Assembly (NCBI GenBank): GCA_963674595.2 | Contig: CAXXFV010000006.1 | Location: 288,001-352,000 of the forward strand | Origin: a bacterium | Lineage (GTDB): Bacteria > Zhuqueibacterota > Zhuqueibacteria > Residuimicrobiales > Krinioviventaceae | Direction: 5' to 3' | DNA: 64,000 bases | Shown here: positions 1 to 9,610 of the stretch, in pieces | How the letters are laid out: every line of letters begins with the position of its first letter | Position numbering within the stretch: the stretch's first letter is position 1 | Position numbers and translations under genes: made by a program | Notes under the pieces: model-generated | Databases searched by the model: none | Told to the model about the DNA's origin: nothing | The model's input: only the letters and a program-made list of their open reading frames with translations

Positions 1-776
1 ACCCGAAACAACGTGTTCGTACATCTTCTATTAAGGTTTTAGCAGATATATCACAACCACAACAGTTACCTCAATTATTGGATCTTTTATTAAATTGTCA
101 AACCGGCAAGGACAGGGAAGAGGCTGTTTCAACCGTTACACAGGTTTGCCGTAAAATTGAAAATCCGGAAAACAAGGTTGATCTGGTGCTGCAAAAACTG
201 GAAACGGTTTCAAATTTAAACAATCGGATTGATTTAATTCGTGTTTTGGGTAAAGTCGGCGTTGAAAAATCATTACCTGTTTTACAAAAAGCACTGGTTG
301 ACCCTGACCAAGAAATACAAATTTCAGCTATAAGAGCATTGTCTGACTGGCCGACAACCAAACCTATTGATGACCTCTACCAGCTAGCCAAAAACCATAC
401 TGAAAATCGTCATCAGGTGCTGGCTTTAAGAGGATTCATTCGGATGATCAAAATGGATGAAGACAGGGATGATATACAAACGGTAACTCTTTATAAACAA
501 GCATTAAATTTGAGTAAAAATAGTGCTGAAAAAAAGAGTGTTCTTTCGGGTCTGGCCGATTTAAGATGTCTGGAAGCATTAGATACGGCGAATCAATTTA
601 TAAATGATCCTGAATTGCAGGCTGAGGCAGAAATATCAATCTATGATATAGCAAGACATATTCGACGTGATTATCCGGATGAAGCTAAAACCGCTTTATT
701 AAACCTGGCAAATATAACTCAAAACGTATCTTTAAAAAATAAGATAGATAATATCATTAAGGAAATGGAAGAATAG
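1..776 (+). CDS. HEAT-repeat protein, C-terminal part (5' truncated by window edge)
   Basis: Frame is open from position 3; repeated helical units such as LIRVLGKVG..SLPVLQKALVDPDQEIQISAIRALSDWP. Typical neighbour of Gfo/Idh/MocA and DUF1080 genes. Confidence 0.75.
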   Translation, partial: PKQRVRTSSIKVLADISQPQQLPQLLDLLLNCQTGKDREEAVSTVTQVCRKIENPENKVDLVLQKLETVSNLNNRIDLIRVLGKVGVEKSLPVLQKALVDPDQEIQISAIRALSDWPTTKPIDDLYQLAKNHTENRHQVLALRGFIRMIKMDEDRDDIQTVTLYKQALNLSKNSAEKKSVLSGLADLRCLEALDTANQFINDPELQAEAEISIYDIARHIRRDYPDEAKTALLNLANITQNVSLKNKIDNIIKEMEE

Positions 777-972
777 ATTTTGTTCGTGTAAAAAAATGTA
801 AATGTTATAATTTGCGCTTGAATTGTACCAGAATGATGATTAAATTACTTGTTAATAAAATTGTTATCTCACTTATACGATTATTTTGTTCATGGAAAAT
901 CTCAACCTATTATATATACAACCAATGTTCAGTTTTTAAAAACTGAGCCCAAATTAGAAAGGGTATTTGCAT

Positions 973-2364
973 ATGAACGAACAAGAAAAAACAACCTCAA
1001 AATTAGGTTCAGCCCTGACAAGACGTGGTTTTTTAACCGGTTTTGCAACAACGGCTGCTACTGTCACCATCGTTCCAAGACATGTTCTTGGTGGACAGGG
1101 ACACAAAGCGCCCAGTGATAAATTAAATATTGCCTGTATCGGTGTAGGTGGCAAAGGACGTTCAGATTCTCAAGCTATGATTGGTGAAAATGTTATAGCC
1201 CTTTGTGATGTCGATGAAGAAAGGGCTGCTGAAAAACATGGTGATGAGCAAAAATCAATTTTTGATTTAGTTCCTCAAGCCAAATTTTATAAGGATTTTC
1301 GGGTTATGCTCGAAAAGGAAAAAGATATAGATGCTGTAACCGTCAGCACACCGGATCATACACATGCTGTTGCCGCTATGATGGCAATAAAAATGGGAAA
1401 ACACGTATTTGTACAAAAACCTTTGACGCATACTGTTTATGAAGCCCGTGCTTTAGCCAAAGCTGCCCGTGAAGCAGGTGTGGTTAGTCAAATGGGAAAT
1501 CAGGGACACGCTGGTGAAGGTGCAAGACTGTTAAACGAATGGATTTGGGACGGTGCCATTGGAGATATTAAAGAGGTACATGTCTGGACAAATAGACCAA
1601 TTTGGCCTCAGGGAATCAATGCACCAACTGAAACACCTTCCGTTCCGCCGACTCTTGATTGGAATTTGTGGGTTGGCCCATCACCATGGCGCCCCTATCA
1701 TCCGGCTTATGTTCCTTTTGCATGGAGAGGTTTTTGGGATTTTGGAACAGGGGCATTAGGTGATATGGGCGCACATTTAATGGACCATCCCTTTTGGGCA
1801 TTGGACTTGAAATATCCTCTCAGTGTTACAGCCAGCTCTACAGAATTTACCAAAGATTCAGCCCCGGTTGCTGAAGTTGTTACTTATCAATTCCCGGCAA
1901 GAGGTAAAAAGCCCCCCGTTACATTAACATGGTCTGATGGTGGTTTAATGCCTCCTCGTCCTGAAGATCTGGAACCCGGAAGAAAAATGGGTGATGGCGG
2001 CGGCGGAATTATTTTTGTAGGAGAAAAGGGCAAATTAATGTGCGGTACTTATGGAAGCAATCCCCGCATTTTCCCGGAACCAAAAATGCGTGCATACAAA
2101 CGTCCTGAAAAAACGATCTTAAGATCTCCTGGTATACACGAAGAGTGGATTCAAGCGTGTAAGAACAATGATCCCAAAGCTGCAACAACAAATTTCGATT
2201 ATTCCGGTCCTTTAACAGAAACGATGTTACTTGCTAATGTTGCTGTACGTCTTAAAGAAAAGAACATGATTCTGGAATATGACGGCGAAAAAGGTGAAAT
2301 TACAAATTTACCGGAAGCAAATGAGTTACTTCATTTTGAATATCGTAAAGGTTGGACATTATAA
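973..2364 (+). CDS. Tat-exported Gfo/Idh/MocA family oxidoreductase
   Basis: Twin-arginine LTRRGFL; Rossmann IGVGGKG; STPDHTH, QKPL and GDMGAH motifs. ATG at 973. Confidence 0.9.
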   Translation: MNEQEKTTSKLGSALTRRGFLTGFATTAATVTIVPRHVLGGQGHKAPSDKLNIACIGVGGKGRSDSQAMIGENVIALCDVDEERAAEKHGDEQKSIFDLVPQAKFYKDFRVMLEKEKDIDAVTVSTPDHTHAVAAMMAIKMGKHVFVQKPLTHTVYEARALAKAAREAGVVSQMGNQGHAGEGARLLNEWIWDGAIGDIKEVHVWTNRPIWPQGINAPTETPSVPPTLDWNLWVGPSPWRPYHPAYVPFAWRGFWDFGTGALGDMGAHLMDHPFWALDLKYPLSVTASSTEFTKDSAPVAEVVTYQFPARGKKPPVTLTWSDGGLMPPRPEDLEPGRKMGDGGGGIIFVGEKGKLMCGTYGSNPRIFPEPKMRAYKRPEKTILRSPGIHEEWIQACKNNDPKAATTNFDYSGPLTETMLLANVAVRLKEKNMILEYDGEKGEITNLPEANELLHFEYRKGWTL

Positions 2365-2370
2365 AAACAT

Positions 2371-2398
2371 TCCCCGGACAAATTTAGTTGTCCGGGGA
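2371..2398 (+). other. GC-rich intergenic hairpin without U-tract (mRNA stabiliser or processing site)
   Basis: tccccggacaa / ttgtccgggga 11-bp perfect stem between the two oxidoreductase genes. Confidence 0.55.
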
Positions 2399-2432
2399 TA
2401 TTAATATTAATAACGGAGTTTGTGAGAGTATC

Positions 2433-3773
2433 ATGAATGAACTTGTAGGAAAAGAAATTCCCCGAAGAAATTTTCTAAAATATACTGCTGCAACCAGCGC
2501 AGGCCTGCTGTTGCCGACTGTTGCAGGTGCCCAATCTGTAAAATCAAAATCAGATGATTTAAATATAGCATTATTGGGTACAGGCTCACAGGGCCAGGTT
2601 TTGTTGAATTCAATGCTCAAAATTGATGGTATTCATTTCCGCGCCGTATGTGATATATGGGAAAAATATAACCAAAGACGAGTTTCACGTATTCTTAAAA
2701 AATATGGTCATGAGGTAAATACCTATATTGATTATCGTGAAATGCTGGCAAAAGAAAAGAACCTGGATGCTGTGATAATCGCCACACCTGATTTTTGGCA
2801 TTCCGAGCATACAGTCGCCTGTTTGGAAGCCGGTATAAACGTCTATTGCGAAAAAGAGATGTCAAACACTCTTGAAGGTGCCAGGCGTATGGTAAAAGCA
2901 GCCCGGCGAACCGGTAAACTGCTGCAAATCGGCCATCAGCGTAGAAGTAATCCCAGGTATATACATTGTTATCAAAAATTAATTAATGAAGCACATATTT
3001 TAGGACGTATTACCACAATGAACGGCCAGTGGAACCGGGCTGTTCAACCGGATTTGGGTTGGCCTAAAAAATATGCAATTGATCCGTCCATTTTGAGAAA
3101 ATACGGATTTTCATCCATGCATCAGTTCAGAAACTGGCGCTGGTATAAAGGACTCGGAGGCGGGCCCATTGTTGATCTCGGATCTCATCAAATTGATATT
3201 TTTAACTGGTTTGTCGGGGCACAACCGGAATCTGTTATGGCCAGCGGCGGTACGGATTATTATGAAAAGAAAACCCATGAATGGTATGATACGGTCATGG
3301 CAATTTATGAGTATAATACACCGGCCGGCCGTGTTCGTGCTTTTTATCAAACTTTGACGACCAACAGCAGTGAAGGTTATTTTGAAAACTTTTTAGGTGA
3401 CCAGGGTACCCTTCAAATATCCGAATCTGCCGGAAGAGGCGGTGTTTATCGTGAACCTTCCGCACCGGCATGGGATAAATGGATCAACCTTGGTTATATT
3501 GCCGCGCCTGAAGAGGAAAAAAAGCAGGATACAAGTGTCGTTCTTGATGTTCGGGAAACGGTTAAACCTCCTGAAAATAAAATCCCGATAGAATTTACCG
3601 ATCCTTATCATAAACCACACCTGGAAAACTTTTTTAATGCTATAAGAGGTAAAGAAGAGCTTAACTGTAATCACGATGACGGATATGAAACGGCTGTTAC
3701 TGTTTTAAAAGTAAATGAATCCGTTGAATCCGGAAAACGACTTTTCTTTAAACCAAATGAATTTCATATTTAG
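2433..3773 (+). CDS. Tat-exported Gfo/Idh/MocA family oxidoreductase
   Basis: IPRRNFLK twin-arginine; LGTGSQG; ATPDFWH, CEK and DLGSHQID motifs. ATG 2433 follows a gagag RBS-like sequence. Confidence 0.9.
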   Translation: MNELVGKEIPRRNFLKYTAATSAGLLLPTVAGAQSVKSKSDDLNIALLGTGSQGQVLLNSMLKIDGIHFRAVCDIWEKYNQRRVSRILKKYGHEVNTYIDYREMLAKEKNLDAVIIATPDFWHSEHTVACLEAGINVYCEKEMSNTLEGARRMVKAARRTGKLLQIGHQRRSNPRYIHCYQKLINEAHILGRITTMNGQWNRAVQPDLGWPKKYAIDPSILRKYGFSSMHQFRNWRWYKGLGGGPIVDLGSHQIDIFNWFVGAQPESVMASGGTDYYEKKTHEWYDTVMAIYEYNTPAGRVRAFYQTLTTNSSEGYFENFLGDQGTLQISESAGRGGVYREPSAPAWDKWINLGYIAAPEEEKKQDTSVVLDVRETVKPPENKIPIEFTDPYHKPHLENFFNAIRGKEELNCNHDDGYETAVTVLKVNESVESGKRLFFKPNEFHI

Positions 3774-3797
3774 CATTAAAAATAAAACAGGTGAAGA

Positions 3798-5699
3798 ATG
3801 AAATTTTTTAATAAAAACACAGCCGGTATTTTATTCTTTATTATTTTTATCTGTATAAAGGGTTATGCTGAACCGGTATTGCTTGGAGACAAGAGTGATG
3901 GTAGCCGCGCCGTCTCCGTTCATTTATTGGACATGCGGGATGAAACAGGCGCCAAAATTACTCCTACAGATACGCCGCTATTACCTTTTTCCTTGAAACA
4001 AACATGTAATGAATGCCATAACTGTTCAAAAATTAGTACAGGTTTTCATTTTAACTATTCTGATTCAATCAGTCATGATGGTCGAAAAGGGGAACCGTGG
4101 ATTTTAGTTGATGCATTGACCGGTACTCAAATACCGTTTTCTCACAGAAACTGGTCCGGGTTGTTTACGCCGGAATATTTAGGACTGGATAATTGGTCCT
4201 TTATTGAAAAATTCGGCAGACATTTGCCCGGAGGTGAAATTGGTGAAAATGGTGATCAGATTTCCAGGGACCACTATTTTAGATGGCTGGTTTCCGGGAA
4301 TTTGGAAATAAACTGTATGGGGTGCCATGACGTCAGTCCGCTGCATGATCAGGCCGCTTATGCGGAAAACATAAAAAAACAAAATTATCGCTGGGCAGCG
4401 GCTTCTGCCTGTGATTTTGCCTATGTAATCGGTTCCGCCAAAGATATGCCTGACAATTATGATATCTATTTTGGCGGTGTTGGTGATGATGCGCGAAAAA
4501 TTCCACCTCAGGTAGCTTATAATAATTCAGCCTTTAATCCGGATAATAAAGTTTTTTTCAACATTACCCGCGATATCCCCAGCGAACGTTGTTATTTTTG
4601 CCATTCGACAAAATACGAAAATAATAAAGAAAAATGGGAAACACAGCAAGACATTCATTTAAAGTCCGGAATGAAATGTGTAGACTGTCATAAAAATGGT
4701 CTTGATCATCAGATTGTCAGAGGATATGAAAATGAATCTAAAGAGCTAGGCCGGCAAAAATTAGCATCAATGACATGTAAGGGATGCCATATTGCTGAGT
4801 CTAATGGTGAGGTTCCGACTTCCGGACGGATGGGCGCGCCTCTTGCAGAACATAAAGGTCTTCCCATCATTCATTTTGAAAAATTAAGCTGTACAGCTTG
4901 TCACTCCGGCCCCTGGCCTGAATCAGAAACCGTTGCTTTAAAAACATCACGCAGTCATGCGTTAGGAGTGCACGGTGCTCCAAAAGAGGCAAACTCTGCC
5001 CCCTATATAACAGGACCGGTGTTTGCTAATGGCGATGATGACAAAATTACACCGCAGAAAATGATATACCCGTCATTCTGGGCATGGGTAGATAATGATT
5101 CTCTTGAAATTATAGATTCTGAAACTATCCGTCCGATCATACTTTATGCCATCCTGTCGGATACACTTTCTGACAGTACTAATATTGTACGGGTAAGAGA
5201 AGGTGTCTGGCCGTTATTAAAAGATGAACAAATTACCGCTGTTTTTGATAGTTTAAATACGATTGACTCGTTAAAAACAGCCGGATTTGTAGCAAATGGT
5301 AGACTGTACACTATGGGCGCAAATGGAACTCTTGTTGCTAAAAAACACAATGCAGCTCAACCATATTCCTGGCCGATTGCTCATGACGTGAGGCCTGCTT
5401 CTCAGGCACTTGGCGTAAGGGGATGCAGTGATTGTCACTCATTGAACGCTCCGTTCCAGTTTGGGCAGGTTCCGGTATTATCCATTTTAAATCAAAATGA
5501 TGTGCAGCATGTTACCATGTCGAGTTTTCAAAATAACGGTATTTTATTTCCAAGACTTTTTGCTTTGTCTTTTATATTTAGGCCCTGGTTAAAATTGTTT
5601 TTAATTATTTGCACAATTTTTATCGGCATTATTATTTTATGGATATGTGTACGTGCTGTAGACAAACTGTTAAAAACGATTTTTCAAAAAGAATGGTAA
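3798..5699 (+). CDS. Membrane-anchored heptaheme c-type cytochrome (OTR/MmcA-like)
   Basis: Signal peptide; seven CxxCH motifs (CNECH, CMGCH, CYFCH, CVDCH, CKGCH, CTACH, CSDCH); HDVRPASQALG..CSDCH resembles the C-terminus of the octaheme tetrathionate reductase family; C-terminal TM helix. Confidence 0.85.
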   Translation: MKFFNKNTAGILFFIIFICIKGYAEPVLLGDKSDGSRAVSVHLLDMRDETGAKITPTDTPLLPFSLKQTCNECHNCSKISTGFHFNYSDSISHDGRKGEPWILVDALTGTQIPFSHRNWSGLFTPEYLGLDNWSFIEKFGRHLPGGEIGENGDQISRDHYFRWLVSGNLEINCMGCHDVSPLHDQAAYAENIKKQNYRWAAASACDFAYVIGSAKDMPDNYDIYFGGVGDDARKIPPQVAYNNSAFNPDNKVFFNITRDIPSERCYFCHSTKYENNKEKWETQQDIHLKSGMKCVDCHKNGLDHQIVRGYENESKELGRQKLASMTCKGCHIAESNGEVPTSGRMGAPLAEHKGLPIIHFEKLSCTACHSGPWPESETVALKTSRSHALGVHGAPKEANSAPYITGPVFANGDDDKITPQKMIYPSFWAWVDNDSLEIIDSETIRPIILYAILSDTLSDSTNIVRVREGVWPLLKDEQITAVFDSLNTIDSLKTAGFVANGRLYTMGANGTLVAKKHNAAQPYSWPIAHDVRPASQALGVRGCSDCHSLNAPFQFGQVPVLSILNQNDVQHVTMSSFQNNGILFPRLFALSFIFRPWLKLFLIICTIFIGIIILWICVRAVDKLLKTIFQKEW

Positions 5700-5717
5700 T
5701 TAAAGGAAATATATTTT

Positions 5718-6341
5718 ATGTTTCGATATATAGCTTTTGTTTTATTAGTAATGACAATTGGTTGGCTGATAATAGCGCTACGATCACAGGGAACCGGATT
5801 TAAGAGTTTGGGGAACAGACTCGTTAATTCCGGTAAAATATTGGCAGCGTCTATACGTAAAATTTTTGAAATAACACCATCTGAATTTTCCGTCAAAATA
5901 CTTTTCCCTGCGACTGTTTTTTCTGTTCTCATTTTGGCTTTTACAGGATTTGTACCATCAGTTTTATTCGGACTGCATTTATCCGGATATTTACTGGTCT
6001 TGCACATGATCACAGCACCGATATTCGGTCTTTGTATGGCAATGTGGGCACTGATATGGACAAAAAAGTATGTCATGTCGGAAAAGGACTGGCTTTCTGT
6101 TTGGAATTCTTTAAAGACGAAAACCAATTTGAGTAAAGAACTCGTACAAAAATTGCTTTACTGGCTGCTTGTATGTCTGTCAATGATTGTCATTTTTTCA
6201 ATGCTGATCAGCATGTTTCCAATTTACGGAACAAATATTCAGGAAATGTTGTTGAAAATACATCAATTTTCAACTTTGTTCTTTTTTATTTTATTTATTT
6301 TCTTTACTTTTTTAATCAAGCTTTACAAGGTTGAAAAATAA
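5718..6341 (+). CDS. Cytochrome b-like polytopic membrane protein (FdnI-like partner of the multiheme cytochrome)
   Basis: About 5 hydrophobic segments with intramembrane His (LLVLHMIT, LLKIHQFS); lies 18 bp after the multiheme gene. Confidence 0.6.
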   Translation: MFRYIAFVLLVMTIGWLIIALRSQGTGFKSLGNRLVNSGKILAASIRKIFEITPSEFSVKILFPATVFSVLILAFTGFVPSVLFGLHLSGYLLVLHMITAPIFGLCMAMWALIWTKKYVMSEKDWLSVWNSLKTKTNLSKELVQKLLYWLLVCLSMIVIFSMLISMFPIYGTNIQEMLLKIHQFSTLFFFILFIFFTFLIKLYKVEK

Positions 6342-6382
6342 TTTGTATATCTTAATATTAAGAACCGGTTTAGGAGGAACAA

Positions 6383-7069
6383 ATGATAAAATTCCTAATT
6401 AAAAAAGCAAAATTTATAACATTGATCATGATGATTTTTGTTTTTGCTTGTTCGCTTTTATTTGCACAGGGAAACCTGGTACCGATAAATATTGAATTAC
6501 CAAAGCCAATGTTTATAGGCACACCGACATCCATGAAAGTGCCGAATTTGGAAAAACCATTGGGAAAACCGCGTCCTCCGTTTTTGGCACCTGAAGGTAC
6601 TGTTAATTTAGCATTTGAAAAAACCGTATCAAGTACGGATGATGAACCGGTTATCGGTGAAATTGAAATGATTACCGATGGTGATAAAGAAGCCATGGAC
6701 GGCAGTTATGTGGAATTGGGACCCTTTGTACAACATATAACCGTTGATTTGGGACAAAAATCAAATATTTATGCTGTGATTATGTGGCATTTCCACAAAC
6801 AGGCACGTATTTATTTTGATGTTATTGTTCAGGTTGCTGATGATCCTGATTTTACGACCAATGTAAAAACCATCTTTAACAATGATATTGATAACTCTGC
6901 CGGTTTGGGTGTCGGCACTGACATGCATTATGTTGAAACGGCCGAAGGAAAACTTGTTGATGCTAAAGGAGTGCAGGCCCGATATGTTCGCTGCTATTCC
7001 AATGGAAATAATAGTAATGATTTAAACCACTGGATTGAACTGGAAGTTTACGGCAAGCCTGTACAATAA
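6383..7069 (+). CDS. Secreted F5/8 type C (discoidin)-like domain protein
   Basis: Signal peptide ending LFA-Q; ITDGDK, ITVDLG, ARYVRCYS and WIELEVYG are discoidin-like motifs; aggagg RBS. Confidence 0.7.
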   Translation: MIKFLIKKAKFITLIMMIFVFACSLLFAQGNLVPINIELPKPMFIGTPTSMKVPNLEKPLGKPRPPFLAPEGTVNLAFEKTVSSTDDEPVIGEIEMITDGDKEAMDGSYVELGPFVQHITVDLGQKSNIYAVIMWHFHKQARIYFDVIVQVADDPDFTTNVKTIFNNDIDNSAGLGVGTDMHYVETAEGKLVDAKGVQARYVRCYSNGNNSNDLNHWIELEVYGKPVQ

Positions 7070-7072
7070 ATT

Positions 7073-8620
7073 GTGCGAAAATTTTATCTTTTATTTATTA
7101 TAATACTTTTATTTGCTTCGGCGTTGCGCCTGCCAAAACTGGCGCAACGTCCGATGCATACCGATGAAGCCATCCATGCTATAAAATTTGGGTCTCTTTT
7201 AGAAGATTTTTCCTATCAATATGATCCTTATGAATATCACGGTCCCACTTTAAACTTTTTTTCTCTTGTTCCTGCGTGGTTTAAGGGAACGCATAAATTG
7301 GTCAACGTTTCTGAATCTGATCTTCGTATAGTTCCTGTTTTTTGGGGTCTTTTTCTTCTCGTACTTTTGTTATCGCTTAAACCTGTAATTCCCAAAAATT
7401 TGATTCTAATTTCCGCATTTTTTATGGCTATTTCGCCTGCTTTGGTCTATTACAGCCGATACTATATTCAGGAAACACTGTTCATTTCCTTTTCTTTTGC
7501 TATTATTGTCTTCTTTTTTCGTTTTATGCAAAAGCCTAAATGGTATTGGGCGATGCTTTGCGGAATTTTTATCGGGCTTTTACATGCCACCAAGGAAACC
7601 TGTATTTTGTTCTTTGCGGCACTTTTTTTGAGTTTGTTCATTATCTGGTTGTTACATCGCAATAATCAGTTTTTTACGACCTGCCGGTTTAAATATTTTG
7701 TTATTCTTTTTTTTAGTGCTTTAATAACTTCTATATTATTTTTCTCATCCTTTTTTACACATCCACAGGGCATTTTAGATTCCGTACTTACATTTAAATC
7801 CTATTTTGAAAGAGGCACCGGGAACCATTTTCACCACATTCATCCCTGGTATTATTACTTGAAGCTGTTCATATGGAACAACTATCAAAACCGCCCTTTA
7901 TGGACAGAGGCCTTTTTCCTGTTTTTTTCTATTATCGGAATAGGTTTTGTTTTCAAACCACAGGAAATAAAGCCCCAAACCGTTTTTTTACGCTTTTTAT
8001 CTTTGCTGGCAATCATTCAATTTATTATATATTCTATTATTCCCTATAAAACCCCCTGGAGCATCTTGAGCGCCTGGTATCTCCTCGTTATAATGGCGGG
8101 CTATGGCGTTATATGTATTTATAAAACTATTAAAAATAATGTGCTAAGAATTTTATTCATGGTATTTGTCGGCATGGGGATATTACATATTGGCTTTCAA
8201 ACCTATATGTTGAATTTCAAATATGACGCTGATCTCTCAAATCCTTATGTATATGGACATACATCCTATGACATTTACAAAGTGGTCGATGCCGTTGAAA
8301 AGGCTGCGCAAGTTCATCAGGATTCTTTGAACATGTATATTGAAATCATCGCTTCCGGAGATGATTATTGGCCCTTTCCCTGGTATTTGCGTTCTTTTAA
8401 AAATGTTGCCTACCGACACGATGCGAATTTTCAATTGCCTCTGGCACCGGTTATTTTGGCATCACCTGAGCTCGAAAATCAAATCATGCAAAAAATATAT
8501 ACACTGCCGAAACCCGGTGAACGAAATTTGTATGTGCCTCTTTTTGATAGTTATCTGGAATTAAGACCGTTTGTCGAGTTTCGCGGCTATATTGTTAAAG
8601 ATTTATGGGACAAATTATAA
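7073..8620 (+). CDS. TIGR03663/Agl23-like GT-C fold membrane glycosyltransferase
   Basis: RPMHTDEA, YDPYEYHGP, YYSRYYIQE, HATKE, IPYKTPW and YWPFPWYLR motifs; about 12 TM helices. Confidence 0.75.
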   Translation: MRKFYLLFIIILLFASALRLPKLAQRPMHTDEAIHAIKFGSLLEDFSYQYDPYEYHGPTLNFFSLVPAWFKGTHKLVNVSESDLRIVPVFWGLFLLVLLLSLKPVIPKNLILISAFFMAISPALVYYSRYYIQETLFISFSFAIIVFFFRFMQKPKWYWAMLCGIFIGLLHATKETCILFFAALFLSLFIIWLLHRNNQFFTTCRFKYFVILFFSALITSILFFSSFFTHPQGILDSVLTFKSYFERGTGNHFHHIHPWYYYLKLFIWNNYQNRPLWTEAFFLFFSIIGIGFVFKPQEIKPQTVFLRFLSLLAIIQFIIYSIIPYKTPWSILSAWYLLVIMAGYGVICIYKTIKNNVLRILFMVFVGMGILHIGFQTYMLNFKYDADLSNPYVYGHTSYDIYKVVDAVEKAAQVHQDSLNMYIEIIASGDDYWPFPWYLRSFKNVAYRHDANFQLPLAPVILASPELENQIMQKIYTLPKPGERNLYVPLFDSYLELRPFVEFRGYIVKDLWDKL

Positions 8621-8626
8621 ATTAAA

Positions 8627-9574
8627 ATGCATAAAAACGAAACAAACAACTCTATAGAGTTTAATACAAAGTACGGGAACTTTTCAGCCTGGTGTTTTTC
8701 TCATAATGCTATGGCCACGGTTTTTCAAATTTACATCATCCATGAGGATAAACTCTACGCCAGTCAGGCCGCCTCAGAAGTATTTTCGGAAATAGACCGT
8801 ATTGAGCTGGAGCTGTCCCGGTTTATTGATAATAGCGATGTTAACCGTATCAATCATCTGCTTCCCAATCAATCTTTGCGCGTTGGGCTGGATTGTTTTA
8901 ATTGTTTAAAACATTGTAAATTGTTGTATGAAAAAACAGACCGTGTATTTGATATTTCTATCCGGCCTTTATATGACCTGTGGTTTGATCAAACAAGTGA
9001 ACCTTCTGAAAAAGAAATAAAAAATGCATTATCCAAAATTGGTTTGGATTCTTTACGACTCGACGAACATTCTTATTCCGTCAGCGTAACGAAACCGGAA
9101 ATTCAGATTGATCTGGGAGGATTTGGAAAAGGTTATGCTGTGGACAGGGTTGTTGATATTTTGCAGGAATGGGAAATTGATACGGCGCTTATTCATGCCG
9201 GACAAAGCTCGGTTTATGCTCTTGGTCACCCGCCAAAACTGACCGGCTGGCCTTTGATGATCCGTCATCCGCTAAATAAACAGGAATTTATTTTAGATAT
9301 TTTGTTGACAAACAGGGCTATGAGCGGCTCCGGAATGCAAAAAGGAAAGCATATACTGGACCCCCGGAATGGACGACCCGTCCGGTTAACTGTTGCTGCA
9401 TGGTCGTTATCAGAAAATGCTGCCGAAAGCGATGCTTTTTCGACTTTATTTATGATTATGACGCCTGAAGAGATACAATCATTTATTGGTGAAAATAAAA
9501 AAACTCAGGCATTTATCCTGAGAAAAACAGATATAAATTCCCAGGCTGAGTTGCTTTCCTGGGGAAATGAATAA
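8627..9574 (+). CDS. apbE: FAD:protein FMN transferase (ApbE family)
   Basis: AMAT, ELSRF..SDVNRIN, DLGGFGKGYAVD, HILDPRNG and SDAFST motifs; no signal peptide or lipobox visible. Confidence 0.9.
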   Translation: MHKNETNNSIEFNTKYGNFSAWCFSHNAMATVFQIYIIHEDKLYASQAASEVFSEIDRIELELSRFIDNSDVNRINHLLPNQSLRVGLDCFNCLKHCKLLYEKTDRVFDISIRPLYDLWFDQTSEPSEKEIKNALSKIGLDSLRLDEHSYSVSVTKPEIQIDLGGFGKGYAVDRVVDILQEWEIDTALIHAGQSSVYALGHPPKLTGWPLMIRHPLNKQEFILDILLTNRAMSGSGMQKGKHILDPRNGRPVRLTVAAWSLSENAAESDAFSTLFMIMTPEEIQSFIGENKKTQAFILRKTDINSQAELLSWGNE

Positions 9575-9610
9575 CATAAGAAAATTTCATTATTTTTCAG
9601 AGGTAGGAAA

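Noticed and set aside
849-1118. 89-aa ORF and the many short antisense or overlapping ORFs in the track
   Set aside because: They overlap well-supported genes in other frames and lack RBS or motifs; treated as shadow ORFs.
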